The translations under genes and the position numbers were made by a program. Below are positions 53,938 through 64,000 of a stretch of 64,000 nucleotides of DNA, in pieces. Below the pieces are notes generated by a model. It was not told the DNA's origin. It searched no databases and saw only the letters and a list, made by a program, of their open reading frames with translations. The stretch is from Octopus vulgaris (Eukaryota), in the NCBI GenBank assembly GCA_951406725.2, contig OX597820.1:16306001-16370000 (forward strand). The letters run 5' to 3'. Every line of letters starts with the position of its first letter. The first letter of the stretch is position 1.

Positions 53938-54515
53938 TCAGTAGTAAGAAACTCTTAAGAGAGCTAAACAGCAGGCCTTCAGAGAAGAAGTTCACCCCAA
54001 GCAATTGTTTCGGCCCTTAACTTCTTACATACTAAGGGGGCCGGGCTGCACATGGTCATCAGTGGTAAGAAACTCTCAAGAGGGCTAAACAGCAGGCCTC
54101 CAGGGAAGAAGTCCACCCCAAGCAATTGTTTCGGTCCTTAACTTCTTACACACTAAGGGGGCCGGGCCGCACATGGTCATCAGTGGTAAGAAGCTCTAAA
54201 TCGAAGGAGAGGAGCTTTCTCTGTCCGGGTTGCGGATCCGTGGAACAAGCTGCCAGACGAGATGGTGAAGATGCCGACGACCGCTTTGTTCAAAGCCTCC
54301 CTTGACCTCAAGTGGCCTGAACTCTTTACATGAACACCACCCTGTAATTAACTCCATGTCCCCCTACATGGCCTTGCTATTTGCTTTTGAGCCAAATTAA
54401 CTAACTAACTAACTAACTAAAGAGGGCTAAACAGAAGGCCTTCAGAGAAGAAGTCCACCCCAAGCAATTGTTTCGGCCCTTAACTTCTTACACACTAAGG
54501 GGACCGGGCCGCATC
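53938..54515. repeat. 121-bp tandem repeat x 3, third copy split by a LINE insertion
   Basis: cagtRgtaagaa starts at about 53940, 54060 and 54181; the third unit resumes at 54421. Confidence 0.9.
54196..54420 (+). mobile_element. 5'-truncated CR1-type LINE 3' end with (CTAA)n tail
   Basis: Encodes LNRRRGAFSVRVADPWNKLPDEMVKMPTTALFKASLDLKWPELFT* (the FSxRVxxxWNxLP...FKxxLD motif), then a short 3' UTR and tandem tail. Confidence 0.9.
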
Positions 54516-54934
54516 TAGATCTTGATTCCTAGATGCCCTTCTGATGACACTTTTTATCCACTTGGATATCTGAGACTTGTGCATTTAAACCGTAAGGAGA
54601 TTTCATCTAGCTATATCTCCTTTCCGTTGACCCAGCTTTCAAAGTTATTCTGAAAGAAGAAATAACTTTTCTTCTTGCGGTAGTCCTTAAAAAGTTTCGT
54701 TTTCTCCGAACTCCACGTATTTGCACGCATCACTTTGTGCTAGTTCATTAATTATATTTTCATGCAATGCAAACCTATTTTTTAATCATAGAAAAACAAA
54801 TAATTGTACATTTGTTGATTATTATCTTTAGAAAAATGCAACTATCTTCCTTGTTGAGTTTTGTTCATCCAAAATGGCGATCGTTTACGTCAAATCTGTT
54901 ATAAGTATTTTGTTTCTGTTTTGTTTTCTACTAG

Positions 54935-55114
54935 ATTCAGTCATTGAGCTTCGGCCATGCTGGAGCACCGCCTTCAAATGTTTTGTGTTCACTCTCTTTT
55001 TAAATCTAGTACTTATTCTGTCGTTCTCTTTCATCGAAATGCTGCGTTACAGAGACATAAACAAACCAACATCAGTTGTCGAACAGTGGTGGGGGTGACA
55101 AATGCAGACACAAA

Positions 55115-55166
<52 letters not shown>

Positions 55167-55570
55167 TTCTTTTATTCTTTTCTTATACATGCACAAGGCT
55201 GTGTGGAATTTTTAGGACATTTATAAAGAACTCCCGGATCAGAGACTCGCAAACCGATGCTGTTTAAAATCATTCACGACGGCTTTCTACAGTTTCCCGC
55301 CCCCAAATTCCTTCACACGACATTAACCGGCAGTCCGGGACTAAGGTAGAATACATTTGCCCAAGGTGCCACGCAGTGGGACTGAACCCGGAACCATGTA
55401 GTTGGTTAGCAAGCTACTTACCACACAGCCACTCCTATATATATCATTTCACTGTGGCCGTGCTGGAGCACCTCCTTTAGTCCAAGAAATCGACCCCAGG
55501 GCTTATTCTTTGTAAGACTAGTACTTATTCTATCGGTCGTAAACAGACACACATTTACACACACACACTC

Positions 55571-55618
<48 letters not shown>

Positions 55619-55800
55619 GTGTGTGTGTGTGTGTATATATATATATGATGGGCTTCTTTCAGTTTCCGTCTACCAAATCCACTCACAAGACTTTGGTCGG
55701 CCCTAGGCTATAGTAGGAGACAGCTGCCTAAGATGCCACGCTGTGGGACTGAACCCGGAACCATACGGTTGAGAAGCAAGCTTCTTACCACACATCCACA
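54935..55800 (-). mobile_element. Two adjacent family K SINEs
   Basis: Heads end at about 55435 and 55800; tails start at about 54935 and 55445. Confidence 0.8.
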
Positions 55801-56067
55801 CACAAAAATATAAATAAGCTGTGCTTAGCAATTTAGAAGATTTAAGGAAACAGGAAGCTCACCGTGACCCAAACCAGGAATTATTTAACTATTTCAATAT
55901 GTAACCATGCAGCATTCTTTAAAAATAACAGATGACTTTTATTAAACCAATGAAGACGTATAAATCTTATACGAAACCAACCTTTTAAAATGGCCGTTTT
56001 CAGTGCTTTTATTAATAGCATTGACAGAGGGGGGAGCGCTAAGCAGTGATAAGTAATATTGTTTTGT

Positions 56068-56532
56068 TATTATCACTCTGAATACGCTTGAGGCACGTTC
56101 GAACTGGAGAACAAGTTGCTCACTGCGTTTTGTCACGGAAAATATATCCCGTTTGTTGACAAATGGTGTGTGATCTACACGCCATTTGTCAACAAACGGG
56201 GTGGCATTTCGGAGTAGTTATCTCCTCTTCGTTCACAGACACTAGACAGGCGGCGCTACGGGCTCTTTGAAGAGACCGACTCTCTCATGCTATACGGCGG
56301 CTCACCGTGAGTAAATTACAGAGGGGTGCCCAAAGCAGAGATAAGTAAAATTGTAATGCCATTATCAGACCAAAATGCTAGCATCTCACAGTCTGGGTAG
56401 GTGGTGCTATGAGGTGATCTAGGTGTATACATACCATTTGTCAACAAACGGGATATATTTTCCTTGACAAAACGCAGTGACCAGCTTGTTCCCAGTTTGA
56501 ACGTGCTTCTAGCATATTTGGACTGATTATAA
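56068..56532. mobile_element. Foldback/MITE-like element with about 100-bp inverted arms and an extra internal arm copy
   Basis: gcacgttcgaactgg..cccgtttgttgacaaatgg is inverted at 56433-56510 and partly at 56182-56200. Confidence 0.65.
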
Positions 56533-56778
56533 CATTACAATTTTATAAATAGCATCATCTAAAACATGTAATCGATGACTCAAATAATGCCACACATTCT
56601 ACTGTCTGCGAATTCGTGAATTAATCTTCGAATAACTCCAGTTTTTCGTCCGAGCATTAATATTCGTTCCGTCAGAATAAAATGCGATCAAATGTTTCAT
56701 CAAATATGTTATCAAACTCTGCATCATTTAACATTCGTCGTAACAGATTATTATTTTTTTTTTTTTTTCTGTTCTGTA

Positions 56779-57640
56779 GGGCGGCGAGTCGGCAGTATCG
56801 TTACCGCACCAGGAAAACTGCTTAGTGGGATTTCTTCCAACTTTACGTTTTGAGTTCGCATGCTGCCGAGGTTGACTTTGCCTTTCATTCTTTCGAGGTC
56901 GATAACAGTCGACCTGGGCGGAATTTGAGCTCAGAACGTTAAGAAGGGTGAAATTCCGCTAAACATTTTATCCAGCGTGCTAACGATTCATATTTTTTTA
57001 TTGCCCACAGGGGGCTAAACATAGAGGGGACAAACAAGGACAGACAAACGGATTAAGACGATTACATCGACCCCAGTGCGTAACTGGTCCTTAATTTATC
57101 GACCTCGAAAGGATGAAAGGCAAAGTCGACCTCGGCGGAATTTGAACTCAGAACGTAACGACAGACGAAATACCTATTTCTTTACTACCCACAAGGTGCT
57201 AAACACAGAGGGGACAAACAAGAACAGACAAACGGATTAAGTCGATTACATTGACCCCAGTGCGTGACTAGTACTTAATTTATCGACCCCGAAAGGATGA
57301 AAAGCAAAGTCGACCTCGACGGAATTTGAACTCAGAACGTAGCGGCAGACGAAATACCGCTAGGCATTTCGCCCTGTGCTAACGGCTCTGCCAGCTCGCC
57401 GCCTTGCGCGTTGTATTAATAATGGTTTTAAATTTTGGCATAAGACCAGCAGTTTGGTGGGATGGACAAGTCAATAACGTCGATCCCTCTACTCAGCTGG
57501 GACTTATTTTGTCGACTCCGAAATGATGAAAGGCAAAGTCTCGACCTCGGTGGAATTCGAGCTCAGAACGTAAAAACGGATGAAATGCCGCTAAATATCT
57601 TATCCGGCGTGCAAACGATTCTGTCAGTTCACCATTTGAC
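56779..57640. mobile_element. Cluster of Meta-core SINEs including a dimer at 56995-57404 (-)
   Basis: Family motifs in both orientations. Confidence 0.85.
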
Positions 57641-57654
57641 TTTTTGAAAAAAAA

Positions 57655-57962
57655 TTTTATGCGCCCTTTTCAAGCCTAGCCAGGTTCATGGGCCTGGTTT
57701 CCCGGTTTCTGTGGCGTATGTGTTCCCCCAGCTGGAAGGGACGCCAGTCCATCGCAGCATTACTCAAGAAACAGGAAGAAAGAATGAGAGAAAGTTGTGG
57801 CGAAAGAGTACAACAGGGGTCGCCACCACCCCCTGCCGGAGCCTCGTGGAACTTTAGGCGTTTTCGCTCAATAAATACACACAACGCCCGGTCTGGGAAT
57901 CGAAACCGCGATCCTCCGACCGCGAGTCCGCTGCCCTGACCACTGGGCCATTGCGCCTCTAC
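57655..57962 (-). mobile_element. OR-like SINE
   Basis: Homologous to 30600-30905. Confidence 0.88.
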
Positions 57963-59060
57963 ACTACCATTTGACTTGCTGATATATTTTACATTCGTTT
58001 TCGATAATTTAACTAAAAACAAATCGCATCTTTTGTCGATTCGAAAATAGGTTCCGTCTCGAGAGCCACAGATAATCGTCCATGCAAGCATTTTTTTCTG
58101 AGACTATTTGGTTCTTTACGACAGCAGCAGTCGATTTCTGTTCACCGAGATACAAACCATATTAAGAATTTCACTGATTAGTTCAATATATTTTTCATTG
58201 ATTCTATCTACAGTTGTAATAAAGATTTCCTTTTACGATTCATTTGCAACATTTGTTTGAAGAATTTGATCTAAAATGTTCTTTCATTTTTTGTTGTGTC
58301 TGGGGAGAGACACATTTTCTTTTTGTGCCTTATTATGTAACACACTCACCGGTAAAATTTCCACTTGTTTTTCTTATTTATTTTCCTAAAATTTTCGTTG
58401 CGTCTTGCAACCTTTTCAATAGTTTTGACTCTGTCCGTTATTTACACTGCGTTCCCTTTTGTTTGTTTGTGCTCATATGTGTGGGTCAGTGTGTGTGTGT
58501 GTCTATGCATGCATGCATGTACGTATGTGTGTATGTGTGTGATTGCATGTGTATGTATGTATATATGTGTGTGTGTGCATATGTATATTTCTTTCATTTC
58601 TTATTTATTGCAAGGAAGCTTTGTGAACTTTATTTCGCCAGTTCACATCCGGACACATAGTACCTTTATCGTTTGGTTCGGAAGAAATACGAAGATGTTT
58701 TATTTTAAAAGATTTTTATTTCATTTTAATGATGCCTGAAACGTTATTTATTCGCACAATGAGATCGATTGAATGATCCGTTTCTAACAACCAATCATAT
58801 AGCATTGTTTGAGAAACATATCGTGTTTGCTTCTCATTTCGAAAGATCGAGCCATAAATTAAAATTTTCTGAATCATTAAAAAGAAAAAAATTTCCATTT
58901 GCACCTTAAAACATATTTTTAGATGTTTTGCCATTTGTAAAATTACAATTATTAGCTCCTGGCTTTATCACTTTATTGGACAACCAGTCATTTTTTTGGA
59001 TAACTAATAATTTTATTGGATAACTGAATATTTTACTGATAACTATTTTTACTGGATAAC

Positions 59061-59652
59061 AGCTGACAGAAACGTTAGCACGCCGGGCGAAATGCCTAGC
59101 GGTATTTTGTCTGCCGCTACGTTCTGAGTTCAAATTCTGCCGAGGTCGACTTTGCCTTTCATCCTTTCGGGGTCGATAAATTAAGTACCAGTTACGCACT
59201 GGGGTCGATGTAATCGGCTTAATACCTATGTCTGTCCTTGTTTGTCCCCTCTGTGTTTAGCCCCTTGTGGGTAATAAAGAAATAGGTATTTCGTCTGCCC
59301 GCTACGTTCTGAGTCCAAATTCTGCCGAGGTCGACTTTGCCTTTCATCCTTACGGGGTCGATTAAATAAGTACCGGTTACGCACTGGGGTCGATGTAATC
59401 GACTTAATCCGTTTGTCTGTCCTTGTTTGTCCTCTCTGTGTTTAGTCCCTTGTAGGTAGTAAAGAAATAGGTATTTCGTCTGCCGTTACGTTCTGAGCCC
59501 AAATTCTGTCGAGGTCGACTTTGCCTTTCATCCTTTCGGGGTCGATTAAATAAGTACCAGTTACGCACTGGGGTCGATGTAATCGACTTAATCCGTTTGT
59601 CTGTCCTTGTTTGTCCTCTCTGTGTTTAGCCCCTTGTGGGTAGTAAAGAAAT
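59061..59652 (+). mobile_element. Meta-core SINE trimer (head plus three units of about 181 bp)
   Basis: Junction taaagaaata|ggtatttcgtctgcc at about 59285 and 59469; flanks share taactaWttttactggataac. Confidence 0.9.
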
Positions 59653-60013
59653 ATAACTAATTTTACTGGATAACTAATCACTCATTTTAAAAATACTTCA
59701 TTATACAGGTTTAATTACATTAAGTTAAAATAAGGTAAAATCCAAAATGTGAGGAATTTGCCAAAAATCGGGTCAATATGAAGTGCAGAAGGTTGGTCAA
59801 ATTCATTTGCTGCAAGGAGTTTAGAATGTAACATTTTATCGCCCTAAGTTCATCGTCTGGGTGTGAAAGAATGAGGGAGAAAAACTGAAGTTGGGGTATT
59901 CATTTTGAGGGGAGATGGTAACAAAGCAGTGAGGTTCTTGGAATAAATGACAAACCAAAAAGGCAGGACCAACCGATGAAGGGTCAGAAAGTTGAACAGA
60001 ATGTTAGATATAT

Positions 60014-60223
60014 CTCTTTTACTCTTTTACTTGTTTCAGTCATTTGACTATGGCCATGCTGGAGCACCGCCTTTAGTCGAATGAATCGACCCCAGGACTT
60101 ATTCTTTGTAAGCCTAGTACTTATTCTATTGGTCTCTTTTGCCGAACCGCTAAGTTACGGGGACGTAAACATACCAGCATCGGTTGTCAAGCGATGTTGG
60201 GGGGGGGACAAACACAGACACAA

Positions 60224-60240
<17 letters not shown>
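60014..60240 (-). mobile_element. Family K SINE 3' half
   Basis: Reverse complement of the family tail. Confidence 0.9.
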
Positions 60241-60261
<21 letters not shown>

Positions 60262-60323
60262 ATATATATATTTTTTTAAAAATTTTATCTAGTTTCAGCT
60301 CACGAGCTGTGGCCATGCTGGGG

Positions 60324-60392
<69 letters not shown>

Positions 60393-61349
60393 GACGATAT
60401 AATAATTACCAGGCTTTAAAAGATACGTTTGACTACAAGTTCTCCCAGTCGGTGCCCCAGCATGGCCGCAATCTAATGGCTGAAACGACTAAAACATGAA
60501 AAAGGAGATAAAAGATGCAAGCGCCATGATATATACAGATATGCCTAGAAATTCGTGTACTCATCCTTAATCTCAACGTAGGAAATAAACCATTCCTCCG
60601 ACCTCAATATCAAAGGAGAAACTTTTTACGCAGCAAACACAGTGATATTGCATTCTGTTTCAACTGAATTGCCATCCCGAATAGACGAGGTCATCTGACT
60701 TGGTGGCGTGATTGACATCATAACTTATCCTATTGCGTTTCTCTTTGGCGTCCAGCTCAAGTTAGCGACTGGGTCACATTTTTACAAAAGATTTTAATAA
60801 TCAGTTCGCGCCAATCTGTGCAACCCGGATCCAGCTTACGTGTGACTATGAAGTACATTTAATGCAGACTATACACGCGCGCCTGCAAGCACACACACAC
60901 ACACACAATTATTTCCCATGATTTTTTTTTTATAACATCGTCCCAGATATTTAACAAATTGTTGATACCTCAAACATAGCATTTTTCAGGTTTTAAGCAA
61001 TTTCTTAACAATTGATAAACACTTTTCCCTCTAAATAATCATTTCTACTATAAGCCCAAGGCCTGATATTTGAGGAGGGGGACGGGCTAATCGATTAGAT
61101 CGACCCCAGTGCACAACTGGTACTTATTTCATCGACCCCCGAAAGGATGAAAGGCAGAATTAACCTCGGTGGAATTTCAATTCAGAACGAAAAAACAGAC
61201 ATTTTCCCCTCCAAATATTGCAATGGTACGGAAAGACAATAGTCAAACAGAGACCGATTAGGACAAAGGAGAATGAGAAAAGACTCCCATATTTCATGCC
61301 ATTATCTTTTCCTGAGTGACTTAACCAATATGTGACAATGCATCATTGT

Positions 61350-62083
61350 TTAACCCTTTCGTTACCAACACGGCTGAAACTGCTTCTGGCTCTGAGTACA
61401 AACGTCTTATTTACATAAGTTTTGAATTAAAATCTTCCAACAAGCCTTAGTCACAATTTATGTTCCTAACACTAGCTGAATGATTACCAAGTTATTTTAC
61501 TAAATTCTTTGTTATATTTAAAATTAATTGAGAGAAACACAGAGCATCTCAACAGAAATATGGTAACAAAAGGGTTAAAATATATAATTGAGAAACAATT
61601 CTTAACCCTTTTGTTACCAACCCGGCTGAAACTAGCTCTGGTTCTGTAGTACAAATGCCTTGTTTTCATAAGTTTTGAATTAAAATCTTCCACCAAACCT
61701 TAGTCACAATTTATGTTCCTAACACGAGCTGAATGATTACCAAGTTATTTTACTAAATTCTTTGTTATATTTAAAATTAATTGAGAGAAACCCAGAGCAT
61801 CTCAACAGAAATATGGTAACGAAAGGGTTAAAATATATAATTGAGAAACAATTCTTAACCCTTTTGTTACCAACCCGGCTGAAACTAGCTCTGGTTCTGT
61901 AGTACAAATGCCTTGTTTTCATAAGTTTTGAATTAAAATCTTCCACCGAACATTAGTCATACTTTATGTTCCTAACACTAGCTGAATGATAACTAAGTTA
62001 TTTTACTAAATTCTTTGTTATATTTAAAGTAATTGAAAGAAACACAGAGCATCTCAAAATAAATACAGTAACAAAACGGTTAA
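61350..62083. mobile_element. Three tandem piggyBac-like MITEs (about 253-bp period)
   Basis: Each copy is TTAA-cccttttgttacca ... tggtaacaaaaggg-TTAA (61350-61578, 61602-61831, 61855-62083). Confidence 0.8.
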
Positions 62084-62855
62084 GGGGAACATTTCTTTAC
62101 GACTGACCAATTCCGGCTGCTTTTCTTCAAATTTTTGTGCAATGTTTCTAATAGACGACAACGCATATGAAAACATAACTCTTCAATACTACTAAATAAA
62201 TATGAGATCCTAGGTACACGCAGCCACTGCTTATCTCATACCTTCAAGTTTTACAATAAATCTAAATGCAACCTAAATCACCACACAGTACAAATCCCGA
62301 ACACCCCTTAGGTAATCTCCAGCAACCCTATTTGACTTTTCAGTCTCTCCGTTTTAATTGTTTAATAATACATGTATCCTTGCATATGTATGGATGTCTG
62401 TGAGTGTATATATATATATATTAGAAGGTTTGGAGATGATGTACATATTAGAAGAAATGAGGTACTAAAAAATTCGGATGGTTTTATATTTACAGATATT
62501 TATTTGTATATTACATGTTTTTATACATCATATATCATATATCATATATCATATATCATATATATTAGCGCTTTCGTCCATTCTAGTGGAATTTTCAAAT
62601 TGTATATATATATATACATACATATGTGTGTATATGTACACATGTGTAATGTGTGTATGCATATATCTGGGTGTGTGTACATATATATATATATATATGT
62701 ATATATGCATATGGGTTTAAGTCCATAAGTATGAGGGCCTATATAATAGTGCATGTACATACGTATATACGTGTGTGAGCATGCGTGTATATATCAATAT
62801 ACTGTTTCGTTTTAGTTTAAAACATCATGGTGGACGGCATCCTTAGTATATACTA

Positions 62856-63597
62856 ATAGACACAGTGTAACATTTTTCGGGTGCAGTCTCGGTTTCGGGA
62901 TGGACTCTTCTTTTGCATTGGGTGCTGACCATCGTCGTTACCATTGGCTATGATTATCAAGAACCCACTTTTCATTACTTGTGAGGATTCTACCCAGGAA
63001 AAGATCGGTAGCGAATGTGATCTCGGATGACGAACGGAAGGCAAATCTTTGCTTCAGCTGAGAAGCTCTCAGATGATGAGAGACCCACTGACCAAGTTTA
63101 GACAAAATTTCTTTGTTCATGAAAGTGTTTTATGCTCGAAGTTTAACTTGAATTGAACTGTTTTGCTAGTTCTTGTGTAGTTTGATTGGGATTTCCCTCA
63201 ACTACGGTTTTCAGAAATTCAATATTGACAGAACTTGGTCGCGCCCAGGTCAAGGAGAATCAGCGACGGAAATTTTTTTTCTAAGCGGAACTTGCCAAAC
63301 TATTGTTGGCCTCTCCGGACATTTACAGCTTCATTTCCATAGACAAAACGAATATTTTTGGTCGCTTATGTTGTTGAAGGGCTCCTTTTTGAATGCATGG
63401 AGCATGCAATGTTTAATATGGATCTGATCTAAACTCAATTTAAATGAGTAAAATCTATAAGAATTTAACCTCGATAGCACCAAGTAATCTGTAAAGCCAA
63501 AAACATTATAATTGTAAAGTTAATATTTATTTTACCGAAGTATTGAAAAAGTGCTGCCAAAGTGATCATGTCAAAAGGACTTTCTTCCCAACCTAAT
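62856..63597 (-). pseudogene. Decayed mariner 5' half
   Basis: TIR ta-ttaggttgggaagaaaagtc; peptides KLGQWVSHHL and FLGRILTSNEKWVL match the WVPHEL and TGDEKW motifs. Confidence 0.85.
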
Positions 63598-63600
63598 ATT

Positions 63601-63698
63601 TATATATATATATATGTATGTATATATATATGTATGTATGTATATATGTATACATATATATGTATGTATGTATATATATATATGTATATATGTATATA

Positions 63699-63758
<60 letters not shown>

Positions 63759-63792
63759 CATACATACATATATATATACATATATACATACA

Positions 63793-63828
<36 letters not shown>

Positions 63829-63837
63829 CATACATAT

Positions 63838-63894
<57 letters not shown>

Positions 63895-63940
63895 TACATA
63901 CACACACACATGCATACATATATATATACATACATATATA
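63601..63940. repeat. (TA)n/(TATG)n/(TACA)n compound microsatellite
   Basis: Direct inspection. Confidence 0.97.
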
Positions 63941-64000
63941 CAATGGGTTTCTTTCAGTTTCCGAGTTCCAAATCCACTCACAAGTCTGGATTACCGTCTT

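Overview
Eukaryotic, AT-rich, microsatellite-saturated non-coding DNA. The SINE repertoire and the density of (TA)n/(TATG)n/(CA)n tracts suggest a cephalopod (Octopus-like) intergenic or intronic region, which is an inference. No intact protein-coding gene is supported, and almost all listed ORFs are microsatellite or SINE translation artefacts. Recognisable content: four tRNA-derived SINE types (dozens of copies), CR1-like LINE fragments, decayed Tc1/mariner transposase copies, MITEs (mariner, pogo/Tigger, hAT, Merlin-like, piggyBac-like), a tandem pair of non-autonomous Helitrons and several minisatellites. The most notable signal, absent from the ORF track, is a dispersed set of more than 15 minimal type-I hammerhead-ribozyme-like motifs (CUGANGA...GAAA-palindrome-UH). 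They occur in short elements embedded in (TA)n tracts, in three long palindromes carrying one motif per arm, and across the junctions of a 121-bp tandem repeat. This matches the known signature of Penelope-like element pLTRs and retrozymes, but here it involves several distinct families and non-canonical cores. Ribozyme folds were read by eye; activity and novelty are untested.
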